Shown one piece after another: positions 51,969-61,056 of a DNA stretch of 64,000 nucleotides. Within the stretch, counting starts at the first letter, position 1; every line of letters starts with the position of its first letter. Below the pieces are notes generated by a model. The model saw only the letters and a list, made by a program, of their open reading frames with translations, ran no database searches and was not told where the DNA came from. This DNA is from Clostridiales bacterium (GTDB lineage Bacteria > Bacillota > Clostridia > Christensenellales > CAG-138), in contig JAILNX010000005.1 of NCBI GenBank assembly GCA_024691085.1, forward strand, positions 3,527-67,526. The letters run 5' to 3'. The position numbers and the translations under genes are program-made.

Positions 51969-53405
51969 ATGCCGATCGATCCGAAAAAACATGAGATGCC
52001 GACGCAGGAAGCGTCCGTCCGCGCACGCAATTTCAATGAGGTCGCGCTCGGCTACACCCCCGAGGTCGCGATAGAAGAGGCGAAGCGCTGCCTTAACTGC
52101 AAAAACAGCCCCTGCGTATCCGGCTGTCCCGTCAACGTGAATATCCCCGGCTTCATCTCGAAGATGAAGGAGGGGGACTTCGAGGCGGCGTACGCGGTCA
52201 TCCGCGAGACCTCGACTCTTCCCGCCGTCTGCGGCAGGGTATGTCCGCAGGAAACGCAGTGCGAATCGAAATGCACCCTCGGCATAAAATTCGAGCCGGT
52301 CGGCATAGGCCGCCTCGAAAGGTTCGCCGCGGACTATCATAACGGAAGGGTATCGGAAAGGTTCAATCCTCCCGACTTCAACGGTCACCGCGTCGCGATA
52401 GTCGGCTCCGGCCCCTCCGGCCTCACCTGCGCGGGCGACCTCGCGAGGCACGGCTTCAAGGTCACCGTATTCGAGGCGCTGCACCTGGCGGGCGGCGTGC
52501 TCGTCTACGGCATACCCGAGTTCCGTCTTCCCAAATCCATAGTCGCGCGCGAGGTTGAAACGCTCAAGGAGCTCGGCGTCGATATCGAAACGAACGTCGT
52601 CATCGGCAGGACGCTCACCGTGGACGAGCTCTTCGAAATGGGCTACGAGGCGGTGTTCATCGGCTCCGGCGCGGGACTTCCCAATTTCATGAACATTCCC
52701 GGCGAGGCGCTTAAGGGCGTCTATTCCGCGAACGAGTTTCTTACGAGGTCGAACCTCATGAAGGCGTATCTCGATTCTCCCTCGACGCCCATCATGAAGG
52801 GCGGCAGTGTCTGCGTCGTAGGCGGCGGCAACGTCGCTATGGACGCCGCGAGGACGGCTTTAAGGCTCGGCGCGGATAAGGTCTATATCGTATACCGCCG
52901 CTCCATGGAGGAGCTCCCCGCGCGCCGCGAGGAGGTCGAGCACGCGATCGAGGAGGGCGTCGATTTCAGGCTTCTCAACAATCCTGTCGAGATACTCGGG
53001 TTCAATAACCCCGACGACCCCCGCGATGCGAGGAACGGCTTCGTTTCGGGCATCAGGCTCATCAAGATGCGGCTCGGCGAACCCGACGCTTCTGGCAGGC
53101 GCAGCCCCGTTCCCATAGAGGGCTCCGAATACGTCCTCGACGTCGATACCGTGATCATGGCGATCGGCACGAGTCCGAACCCGCTCATCAAGTCGACGAC
53201 GGAGGGACTCGAGGTAAACAGGAAGGGCGGCATTATCGTGAACGAGGAAGGCCTCACCTCCCGCGAAAACGTGTACGCGGGCGGCGACGCCGTAACGGGC
53301 GCCGCGACCGTGATCTCCGCAATGGGCGCAGGCAAGCGCGCCGCGAAGGCGATAATAGAACGCTTCCTTGACAGGGAGCCTGCTTCCGGGGATACTGATA
53401 AATAA
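51969..53405 (+). CDS. nfnB: NfnB (GltD-like electron-bifurcating transhydrogenase large subunit)
   Basis: RCLNC...C...CP, CGRVCPQE.QCE..C, GSGPSG, GGGNVAMD. Confidence 0.85.
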   Translation: MPIDPKKHEMPTQEASVRARNFNEVALGYTPEVAIEEAKRCLNCKNSPCVSGCPVNVNIPGFISKMKEGDFEAAYAVIRETSTLPAVCGRVCPQETQCESKCTLGIKFEPVGIGRLERFAADYHNGRVSERFNPPDFNGHRVAIVGSGPSGLTCAGDLARHGFKVTVFEALHLAGGVLVYGIPEFRLPKSIVAREVETLKELGVDIETNVVIGRTLTVDELFEMGYEAVFIGSGAGLPNFMNIPGEALKGVYSANEFLTRSNLMKAYLDSPSTPIMKGGSVCVVGGGNVAMDAARTALRLGADKVYIVYRRSMEELPARREEVEHAIEEGVDFRLLNNPVEILGFNNPDDPRDARNGFVSGIRLIKMRLGEPDASGRRSPVPIEGSEYVLDVDTVIMAIGTSPNPLIKSTTEGLEVNRKGGIIVNEEGLTSRENVYAGGDAVTGAATVISAMGAGKRAAKAIIERFLDREPASGDTDK

Positions 53406-53552
53406 ACAAGCTCACACAGCGGAATACGGATCGGAGACGTTAAGCCTCCGCTCCTTTTTTATTTGTCGCTTCGCAGGCGACCGATCCTCCTGCGCGCCTT
53501 GGTATAATAAGCCCGTAAACAGAAAACAAACCCAACAAGGAGGTACAAAACA

Positions 53553-54191
53553 ATGAAAAAAGGACTTACCGAGATCGTATTCATTCTTGACCGTTCGGGC
53601 TCCATGGGCGGGCTCGAGGACGACACCATCGGCGGCTTCAACGCGATGATCGAAAAACAGAAGAAGGAGGAGGGCGAGGCGCTCGTTTCGACGGTGCTTT
53701 TCGACCACGAGCAGGAGGTCCTCCACGACCGCGTTCCGCTCGACAAGATCGTTCCCATCACCAGGAAGGAGTACTCCGTCCGCGGCTGCACGGCGCTCAT
53801 CGACGCCATAGGCGGCGCGATCAGACACATTTCAAACGTGCATAAGTACATTAGGGACGAGGACGTCCCGGAGCACACCATGTTCATCATCACCACCGAC
53901 GGCATGGAGAACGCGAGCAAGAAGTATTCCTCGGGCGAGGTCAAAAAGATGATCGGAAGGCAGAAGGAGCTCGGCTGGGAGTTCATATTCATGGGCGCGA
54001 ACATCGACGCCGTCGAGACCGCCAAGCATTTCGGCATCGACGAGGACCGCGCCGTGACCTACTGCTCCGATTCCGTCGGCACGAGGCTCAACTACTGCGT
54101 CATGGAGGAGGCGATAAGCTCCGTCCGCAAGGGCAAGAAGCTCTCGGCCACGTGGAAAGCGAGCATCGAGGAAAGAAATAAGGCGGAATAA
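53553..54191 (+). CDS. von Willebrand factor type A domain protein
   Basis: MIDAS motif ILDRSGSM, TALIDAIG, ITTDGMEN. Confidence 0.9.
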   Translation: MKKGLTEIVFILDRSGSMGGLEDDTIGGFNAMIEKQKKEEGEALVSTVLFDHEQEVLHDRVPLDKIVPITRKEYSVRGCTALIDAIGGAIRHISNVHKYIRDEDVPEHTMFIITTDGMENASKKYSSGEVKKMIGRQKELGWEFIFMGANIDAVETAKHFGIDEDRAVTYCSDSVGTRLNYCVMEEAISSVRKGKKLSATWKASIEERNKAE

Positions 54192-54265
54192 CGCAAAAAT
54201 TATTGTAAATCCTTTTCGACTGTGGTAAAATACCGCGTAAAGTCAAATTATAAGGAGTTTGCAAT

Positions 54266-55552
54266 ATGGAAAGAGTTCCGGTTCAAAACGCGCCTTCCGG
54301 CGAATACGTCCGCGTTGGGGGCTTTGTTGAGAATCTTCGCAACAAGCGCTACATGGCGTTCATCGTCCTTCGCGATATGTCGGGCAAGCTGCAGCTTACC
54401 GTCGACAAGGGCGCGTATCCCGACGTAGCTAACGAGGTCGACAAGCTCACCGTCGAGTCCGTCGTCACCGCTTACGGCAAGGTCGTCGACAATCCCGCCG
54501 TCAAGATGGGCGGCAGGGAGCTCATCGTCGAAAAGCTCGTCGTCGAGTCCGTAGCGGAGGCGATGCCGCTTATGGCCGATTCCTCCATCGACGCAAGGCT
54601 CGACTACCGCTGGATCGACCTTCGCTCCGAGAAGAACAAGCTCATGATCAAGGCACAGACCGAGATGGTCAAGTCCTTCCGCGAGTTCCTGCTTGAAAGG
54701 AACTTCGTCGAGATCCACACGCCGAAGATCATCGGCGCGGCGTCCGAATCCGGCGCCGACGTGTTCGAGCTCACCTATTTCGACCGCAAGGCGTATCTCG
54801 CCCAGTCGCCGCAGTTCTACAAGCAGATGGCGATGGCCGCCGGACTCGAGCGCATTTTCGAGGTCGGCCCCGTGTTCCGCGCGGAGAAGAGCTTCACCAG
54901 CCGCCACTCGACCGAGTTCACCGGCTTCGACCTCGAGTTCTCCTATATCGATTCGTATGAGGACGTCATGCATATCGAGGAGGAGATGCTCGCCTATGCT
55001 CTCAAGAACATCGCGGAGAAGTACGGCGAGGACATCGAGAGGCTCTACGGCCTGAAGACCGTCGTCCCGACGCTCCCGTTCCCGAGGATCAGGCTTCACG
55101 ACCTCTACGATGAGCTCGAGAAGCGCTACGGCTATACCGTGCCCGAGGAGGAGAAGGTCGATCTCTCCACCGACGCGGAGAAGCTCTCCTATAAGTTCGC
55201 GCAGGAGGAGTTCGGTCACGAGTTCCTGTTCGTCACCGATTTCCCGAAGGACAAGCGCGCGTTCTACCATATGCGCAAGGACGGCGTGCCCCAGGGCTAT
55301 GACCTCATCTGGCGCGGCACCGAGATCACTACCGGCGCACAGCGCGAGCACCGCTACGAGTTATTGAAGCAGCAGGCCGACGAGAAGGGCCTCGGCGAGG
55401 ACGTCAAGTTCTACATGGAGTTCTTCCGCTACGGCTGCCCGCCCCACGGCGGATTCGGTCTCGGCGTGGACCGCATGACTATGCTGCTCCTCGACATCGG
55501 AATCAAGGAGGCCGAGTTCATATTCAGGAGCCCCATTAGGCTCAATCCCTGA
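54266..55552 (+). CDS. aspS: Archaeal/eukaryote-type (short) aspartate--tRNA ligase, probably non-discriminating
   Basis: LAQSPQFYKQ, FRAEKS..RH, EITTGAQR, PPHGGFGLG. 428 aa with no GAD insertion. Confidence 0.88.
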   Translation: MERVPVQNAPSGEYVRVGGFVENLRNKRYMAFIVLRDMSGKLQLTVDKGAYPDVANEVDKLTVESVVTAYGKVVDNPAVKMGGRELIVEKLVVESVAEAMPLMADSSIDARLDYRWIDLRSEKNKLMIKAQTEMVKSFREFLLERNFVEIHTPKIIGAASESGADVFELTYFDRKAYLAQSPQFYKQMAMAAGLERIFEVGPVFRAEKSFTSRHSTEFTGFDLEFSYIDSYEDVMHIEEEMLAYALKNIAEKYGEDIERLYGLKTVVPTLPFPRIRLHDLYDELEKRYGYTVPEEEKVDLSTDAEKLSYKFAQEEFGHEFLFVTDFPKDKRAFYHMRKDGVPQGYDLIWRGTEITTGAQREHRYELLKQQADEKGLGEDVKFYMEFFRYGCPPHGGFGLGVDRMTMLLLDIGIKEAEFIFRSPIRLNP

Positions 55553-55664
55553 ATTATAAATAATGAAGTCCGCGGGCTTCGTTTTTCTTAAAAACGTATC
55601 CGAACAGTTTATAATTTGGGCTAATATCGGCGGTACGTCCGCCTGATTCTAATGAGGTATAAAA

Positions 55665-56795
55665 ATGAAAAGGCGCATTCTCTCGTTCGTTGTCGCGGTA
55701 CTGCTCGCGATGACCGCTCTTCCTGCTCTCGCGCTCCGCGGCGCGATACACGTCCGCTATGCCACGCCTTCGGGATATAACGAGCACGACTATCAGAAGC
55801 TCGTAGCTTTCCTCGAGACCGAAGACGAAACCGGCGTGAAGAACGGAACGAAGCTGAACCCGGACTACGATCCCGACGATCCCGCCACCTGGACCGGCGT
55901 AGAGTGGATGGAAGAAAGAAGCGAATACAGGGTCAATAGAATAACCTTCTCCGGCTGTGATCTTGTCGGCACGCTCGACGTTTCCGGTATGACCGATCTC
56001 TTAAGGCTGACATGCTCCGACAACAGACTGACGGGGCTTGTCCTTACAGACTGTGACGGTCTCTGGTATATCGAATGCTTCCTGAACGATATTGCCGAGC
56101 TCGACGTTTCGGACGATCCGGGACTCATGATCCTCTTATGCTCCGGCCTTCAGCTGACGGAACTCGACGTTACGCATAATCCCCTGCTCGTGTCTCTCAA
56201 CTGCGGGTACAATCAGCTGACGGAACTCGACGTTACGCACAATCCGGAGCTTACGACCCTCGTCTGTCACTACAATCAGCTCACCTCGCTGGATCTTTCC
56301 AATAACACCGCTCTCACGTGGGTATCATGCGAGGGAAACGAGATCACCGAGATCGATCTTTCAAACTGCGAAGGAATGACGGCTTTCGATCTGATCACCG
56401 CTGAAGGCGGCGGCACCGTCGCGTGTAGCATGGAGATCGACTTTTCCACGAGTGAAAACCACCTGGTCGCCGTGGCGACTCCCGAAAACGGCGGCGTCTT
56501 CATGGGATGGTTCGCGGAGGACGGGACGCTCATATCGGAGGAGCTTGAGATCCGCGCGGACGAGTACGCCGAACAGTATCCGCGCGTTATCGCGAAGTTC
56601 TCCATGCGCGGCGACGCCGACGGCAACGGAAAAGTCGAGGCGACAGATGCGCTGCTCGCCCTCAGGGTCGCGATGGGCATCATCGATGCTCCCGACAACA
56701 TCGCGGTCTATGACGTCGACGGTAACGGCAAGATCGAGGCCGCGGACGCGCTCCTCATACTGAGGTACGCCATGGGCATTATCGATCATTTCTGA
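55665..56795 (+). CDS. Secreted leucine-rich-repeat protein with C-terminal dockerin
   Basis: Signal peptide. LxCxxNQLTELDVTHN repeats, with near-identical DNA copies around 56150-56245. Duplicated dockerin GDADGNGKVEATDAL / DVDGNGKIEAADAL. Confidence 0.85.
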   Translation: MKRRILSFVVAVLLAMTALPALALRGAIHVRYATPSGYNEHDYQKLVAFLETEDETGVKNGTKLNPDYDPDDPATWTGVEWMEERSEYRVNRITFSGCDLVGTLDVSGMTDLLRLTCSDNRLTGLVLTDCDGLWYIECFLNDIAELDVSDDPGLMILLCSGLQLTELDVTHNPLLVSLNCGYNQLTELDVTHNPELTTLVCHYNQLTSLDLSNNTALTWVSCEGNEITEIDLSNCEGMTAFDLITAEGGGTVACSMEIDFSTSENHLVAVATPENGGVFMGWFAEDGTLISEELEIRADEYAEQYPRVIAKFSMRGDADGNGKVEATDALLALRVAMGIIDAPDNIAVYDVDGNGKIEAADALLILRYAMGIIDHF

Positions 56796-56804
56796 TAAAC
56801 GGAT

Positions 56805-56840
56805 AAGAAAGGGATCCTGCTATAGCAGGATCCCTTTCTT
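56805..56840. terminator. Perfect 36-bp palindrome, bidirectional terminator
   Basis: AAGAAAGGGATCCTGCTA|TAGCAGGATCCCTTTCTT between the convergent LRR-dockerin and portal genes. Confidence 0.85.
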
Positions 56841-56845
56841 TATTC

Positions 56846-58381
56846 TTACGTACCGTTTTTCATAAGCGCCTTGGCCTGTTCCTTGCCCTCGAAAACGATC
56901 AGCTCGAGCCCCACCTCGGGGGTTATCATGCCGGTCTCGACCAGGCGGAACACGGTGTCGTTATGGGCGATGGCGGAGAAGCCGGTCTCCTTCTGCACCT
57001 TGACGGTCACGCGGATGGATATGGGCATATCCTCCATGCCCATTATCTCGCGCGCCGCTTCTTCGGCTTTCGCGGCGCCCTCGGGATCGGAGCGGTCGAG
57101 GCAGGTCTTTACGCAGCGAAGCCCCAGAGCGAACTCGCGCTCAAGCTCCAGCTCCTGCTCGACCGCCTGGCGGAAGGCGGAGTGGAGGCTCTTTGCCGCC
57201 ATTCTCGCGCGCTTCGAGGACTGCTCCTGCAGGGCGGAGATCGCGGTGCCGCTCGTCACGCCGTAATTGGTCATGCCGCGCGACCACTCGTTGGAGCCGG
57301 ATTCCTCCTTGATGGAATTTCGCATATCCGCGATATAGGATATGAGGTAGGAGGGCAGGGGAGCGGTCTGGAACCACGACACGCCGTTAAGGTTGTCGCC
57401 CTTGTGGACCTCCTTAGACCAGTCTCTGAGATCCTCCTCGTCGAAGCCGGAAGCGCCCGTCACGAGCAGTTTGTTGTGCGAGGCGAGCATGGCGTTCTTC
57501 ATCACGATCTGGTCGAGCTTGTCCGAATAGCGCTGACTCGTTTCGAACATGTCGACGAGGCCGAGCCCCAGGGACGAGCCCCTGCGCCTGAACAGCGCGG
57601 TCACGACGAACGGGTATTTTCCGTGGGAGTAGACGCCGCCGGGGAAATCCCTTCTGGAGTCCTCCAGTATTTCGCCTCCTGCCATCTTCAGCATGTGCAC
57701 GGAGTACCTGTCCTTTTTCGCGTCGTACTCGCGCAGCCAGCACTCGATCAGCATTATGCTCCTGTCGCATCTCGGCGCGAGCACGCCGTCGCCGTCCACG
57801 TCCATGAATATGCCGTCGTCCTTAAGACTGTCCGCCTTGTCGGGATAGTGATCGCGGAACCAGTCGCGCGTCCTCCTCGCGAACTTGAATACCGCCCTGC
57901 CGTCCTGTATGTCGGTGACGAGCGGATCGAACATCACGCCCGATACGTCGACGTGGCGTATAAAGGCGGAGCCCATGCCGGAAAGCGCCGCGGGATCGTA
58001 GCCGATCTCCTGCACGGCGTAGCCCGCGACCAGAAGATCATGCGTGAGCTTTCTGAACTCCTCGTCATAGGAGCAGTTGACGTGGTTCTCCTTTATCACC
58101 TGCGTGAGCGTCTCTGCAAGCCCCACGTAGGCGTTCGAGTCGGCGGTGATGACGGCCTCGGGAATGAAGTCCTCAAGGTCCGCCCTCACGTTCTCGATGG
58201 ACGAATGTATGACGGGCGTTACGGGACGGGGCTCACGGGGATCGTCCGCGGGCACGTCGAACCAGTGATCCCCGCGGTAGAGGCTTTCGCACTTTTCGAT
58301 CCTCGCCCTCTCGCCGGCGTAAGCGTCGTAAAACTCTCTGAAAAGAGAATAGTATTTTTCGGATTCCGAATTGTTTTTCAT
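56846..58381 (-). CDS. Phage portal protein (P22/podovirus-like head-tail connector)
   Basis: Directly follows the terminase. YRGDHW, FDP..TDIQDGR, HGKYPFV, G.GLV, SRG....GVTSGTAI..LQE patterns typical of P22-like portals. Confidence 0.8.
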   Translation of the reverse strand: MKNNSESEKYYSLFREFYDAYAGERARIEKCESLYRGDHWFDVPADDPREPRPVTPVIHSSIENVRADLEDFIPEAVITADSNAYVGLAETLTQVIKENHVNCSYDEEFRKLTHDLLVAGYAVQEIGYDPAALSGMGSAFIRHVDVSGVMFDPLVTDIQDGRAVFKFARRTRDWFRDHYPDKADSLKDDGIFMDVDGDGVLAPRCDRSIMLIECWLREYDAKKDRYSVHMLKMAGGEILEDSRRDFPGGVYSHGKYPFVVTALFRRRGSSLGLGLVDMFETSQRYSDKLDQIVMKNAMLASHNKLLVTGASGFDEEDLRDWSKEVHKGDNLNGVSWFQTAPLPSYLISYIADMRNSIKEESGSNEWSRGMTNYGVTSGTAISALQEQSSKRARMAAKSLHSAFRQAVEQELELEREFALGLRCVKTCLDRSDPEGAAKAEEAAREIMGMEDMPISIRVTVKVQKETGFSAIAHNDTVFRLVETGMITPEVGLELIVFEGKEQAKALMKNGT

Positions 58382-58396
58382 TTTTTTCCTTTCTGT

Positions 58397-59740
58397 TTAT
58401 GTCGTAAGATAGCTTCCTCCGGATCTCTTTCCGAGATCGAGAGGGTCGAATACGGGCTTCTTTTTCGGCACGGCGGCGGCGCTTGGAGACGGACGGCTCA
58501 TAAGTCCGTAGCGGAGCGCCTCGGGAGCGTGATCGTCGCCGTCCGCCGCGTCCTCGCGGTTGAAGCTGTCGTAGCTTAAGGCGGGCAGGGTTCTTATCAG
58601 GTTTACGCAGTCCGAAAAGCACTGCCACTTTGGGCGTCCGTCCGGACCGTTCGCAAGGAATCTTCTTACCGTCTGCCAGCCCGCCACGCGGGTATTGTCC
58701 GCGGGTATGATGGGCATGCCGCTCTTAATGAAGATATCAGCGAGGCTGTCGCCGCCGACGCCCGATCTCGTGACGAGCCCCTGCCCGCGGTGCTGCCAGA
58801 GGTCGGGCGACGCCGCGGTGTAGGCGATCTCCTCGTTTCCGGTGAGCTCGATCACCTTTTTCGCCACCTCCTCCGCGCGCATCTCGCGCACGTACAGCTC
58901 GCGGTAGGTGACGACTCTGCCCTCGGGATCGACCGCGTGCCACAGAACGCAGCACGGGTCGTTGAAGCCCCAGTCCATGGAGCGGAAACGCCTGTACCAC
59001 GGGGGGATCGCGTAAGGCTCCGTGACGTGCTTTTCACGCGAAAACTCTCTGAAATACTGCCCTGCGTGCACGTCCCAGTCGCCGTCGAGATGCGCGCGCC
59101 GGAGGTCCTCCGGGAGCGACATGAGCTGGCGGACGTAGCCGGGGTCTGCGGAGAGAAGCACCTCGTTGTCCCAGATCCTTGCGGGGATGAATGCGTAATC
59201 GCAGGCCCGCTCGCCCTCGCGGTAGTCCCTGTCGATGAAGAGCCGCTTCACCCACGCGTGACCGACGTTTCCGGGGTTGCAGGTGTAGTACATTCTCGGG
59301 GAAAAGCCTGGCTTTGAAGTGCGGTTGCAGGTCATCAGGAACTTCTGCTGCTCTTCGGTAAAATGCGTCGCCTCCTCCATGCCTATCACGGCATATTCCT
59401 GCCCCTGATACTGATAGACGTCAGAAAGCGTATCGCAGTAGCCGAGCTTTATCCTCGACCCGTTGGGGAAATTGAACACGCGTTCCGTCGCGGAGTACTG
59501 CGCAAAGCCGTAAAGCTCCCTCTGAAGCGGCAGTATGTGATTCTCCCGAAGCTCCGGCAGGGTGCGCCTTAAGAGCAGTATGTTGAGCCCGGGATAGTTC
59601 ACCGCGAGAAGCACGAGCTTGCGGCGCATCGCCCAGCTTTTGCCGCCGCCTCTCGCCCCACCATAGGCCGTATGGCGCGCCCGCGACAGGAAGAACTCTC
59701 TCTGCCTCCTGTTTGGCTCGCCGTGAAGGATCAGTTTTAT
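58397..59740 (-). CDS. Phage terminase large subunit (probable ATA start at 59740)
   Basis: Walker A YGGARGGGKS lies upstream of the first in-frame ATG (59629). Walker B VIGMEEA, coupling motif TCNPG, nuclease motifs SMDWG and DDHAPEALRY. Confidence 0.88.
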   Translation of the reverse strand: MKLILHGEPNRRQREFFLSRARHTAYGGARGGGKSWAMRRKLVLLAVNYPGLNILLLRRTLPELRENHILPLQRELYGFAQYSATERVFNFPNGSRIKLGYCDTLSDVYQYQGQEYAVIGMEEATHFTEEQQKFLMTCNRTSKPGFSPRMYYTCNPGNVGHAWVKRLFIDRDYREGERACDYAFIPARIWDNEVLLSADPGYVRQLMSLPEDLRRAHLDGDWDVHAGQYFREFSREKHVTEPYAIPPWYRRFRSMDWGFNDPCCVLWHAVDPEGRVVTYRELYVREMRAEEVAKKVIELTGNEEIAYTAASPDLWQHRGQGLVTRSGVGGDSLADIFIKSGMPIIPADNTRVAGWQTVRRFLANGPDGRPKWQCFSDCVNLIRTLPALSYDSFNREDAADGDDHAPEALRYGLMSRPSPSAAAVPKKKPVFDPLDLGKRSGGSYLTT

Positions 59741-59761
59741 CGTGCATCATCTCCTTTCATG

Positions 59762-59790
59762 TTGAAATCCTGTTCAAAATATTGTATTAT
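59762..59790 (+). promoter_or_regulatory. sigmaA-type promoter giving a probably leaderless EamA mRNA
   Basis: TTGAAA-N17-TATTAT, ATG 6 nt downstream, no SD. Confidence 0.55.
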
Positions 59791-59796
59791 CTGCTT

Positions 59797-60777
59797 ATGA
59801 AAACACGAAACAAAGCATGGGGCGTACTGTGCGTGGTGCTCGCTTCGATGTGCTACGGCATAACGCCGATATTATCGAATACCGCCCTCAAGGGCGGCCT
59901 CCCCGGGAATTTCCTTATAAGGGTGTTAGGGGAAGCCCCCTCGTTCATGGCGCTCGATCCAAAGAACGCTATGCCGAACGAGTCCGTCGTCGGCTTCGGT
60001 ATGGCGATCGCCTGCGTGCTTTCGCTCATTATCTGTCTGACCGGCAGGAAAAGCCTCAAGGTCACTCTTCGGCAGGCGGCGGAGCTTTCGCTCTTCGGCG
60101 GAGGCGGCTTCACCGCCACGATGCTCCTCATCTCCTACGCGTATCTTTCGATACCCGCGGGGATGACCATCGTATTGAACTTCACCTATCCGATAATCGT
60201 TGCGCTCATTTCGGCGGTGTTCTTTAAGGAAAAGCTGCGCTTTACCGCGGTAATCGCGCTTATCGCCGCGATAGCGGGCGTCGCGCTCATATCGCTTCCG
60301 GGCTCCGCCTCGACGGGCGGACGACCCGCGCTCGGCATAACGCTTGCGCTCCTTTCGGGACTCGCTTACGCCGTATATTTTCTCGCGGGGCGTCACGCCT
60401 CGTACTCTGATCTCGACAGCTCGGTCTCTAACGTCTATATAACGGGCTCCGCGGCGGTCATAAGCCTCGTCATCGCGCTTGTATCAGGCAGGTTCAGACT
60501 GCCGCCCACGTGGTTCATACTCCTCGTGCTGGTGTCAAGCGGCGTGATAGGCTATATCATCGGACTGCGCCTGCTTTTAAACGGGATACGCATACTCGGC
60601 TCCGTGCCGGCGTCCGCGCTCAACACGCTCGAGCCGGTGTTCGCGTCGCTCACGAGCATGCTCGTGTTCGGCGAGCTGATGACGATTACAAAGGCCGCAG
60701 GGATACTGCTCGTCCTTTTAGGCGCGCTCCTCTCGATACTCTCGATCGGGAAGAAGCGCGCTCGCTTATCACCTTAA
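59797..60777 (+). CDS. EamA/DMT family transporter
   Basis: About 10 TMs. AGMTIVLNFTYPIIV and ASALNTLEPVFA EamA repeats. Confidence 0.9.
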   Translation: MKTRNKAWGVLCVVLASMCYGITPILSNTALKGGLPGNFLIRVLGEAPSFMALDPKNAMPNESVVGFGMAIACVLSLIICLTGRKSLKVTLRQAAELSLFGGGGFTATMLLISYAYLSIPAGMTIVLNFTYPIIVALISAVFFKEKLRFTAVIALIAAIAGVALISLPGSASTGGRPALGITLALLSGLAYAVYFLAGRHASYSDLDSSVSNVYITGSAAVISLVIALVSGRFRLPPTWFILLVLVSSGVIGYIIGLRLLLNGIRILGSVPASALNTLEPVFASLTSMLVFGELMTITKAAGILLVLLGALLSILSIGKKRARLSP

Positions 60778-61056
60778 CTTCTTAAGCTGCGCCTCGTTCA
60801 CCGCGTCGAACGCGCCGTTTGCCGCAAGCGCGACGATAACGGCATTTAATACGTTCAGTATCAGCTTCCTATAATCGAAGCCCGACGTGACGAACGTCGC
60901 CGCCGTCAGCACGGTCAGCGCCGCGAGATAGCTCACGAGCCTCGCGGGGAGCCTGTTTTTAAGCTTAAGATCCTTCAAAAACTGAGTTATCACCGCCGTG
61001 GCGAGCACGGCGTCCGAATAGGTCACAAGACCCTGCCATGTAAAGAAACTCGTCAT
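60769..61056 (-). CDS. Putative holin
   Basis: 95 aa, 3 hydrophobic segments, FFTWQ.L.TY...ITQFLK...NAVIVALAANG pattern. Coupled to the endolysin (ATGA overlap). Confidence 0.7.
   Translation of the reverse strand: MTSFFTWQGLVTYSDAVLATAVITQFLKDLKLKNRLPARLVSYLAALTVLTAATFVTSGFDYRKLILNVLNAVIVALAANGAFDAVNEAQLKKLR

Noticed and set aside
54192-54265. T-box leader before aspS (also checked before cysS)
   Set aside because: Intergenic spaces are too short and no T-box sequence is present.
56963-58579. 538-aa plus-strand ORF, and similar long antisense ORFs such as 6926-7906, 26625-27569, 54248-55351 and 61744-63057
   Set aside because: Shadow frames of real genes, expected in GC-rich DNA. No motifs or RBS.
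59421-59750. 109-aa ORF as a small terminase
   Set aside because: It overlaps the terL Walker A region in another frame and has no TerS-like features.
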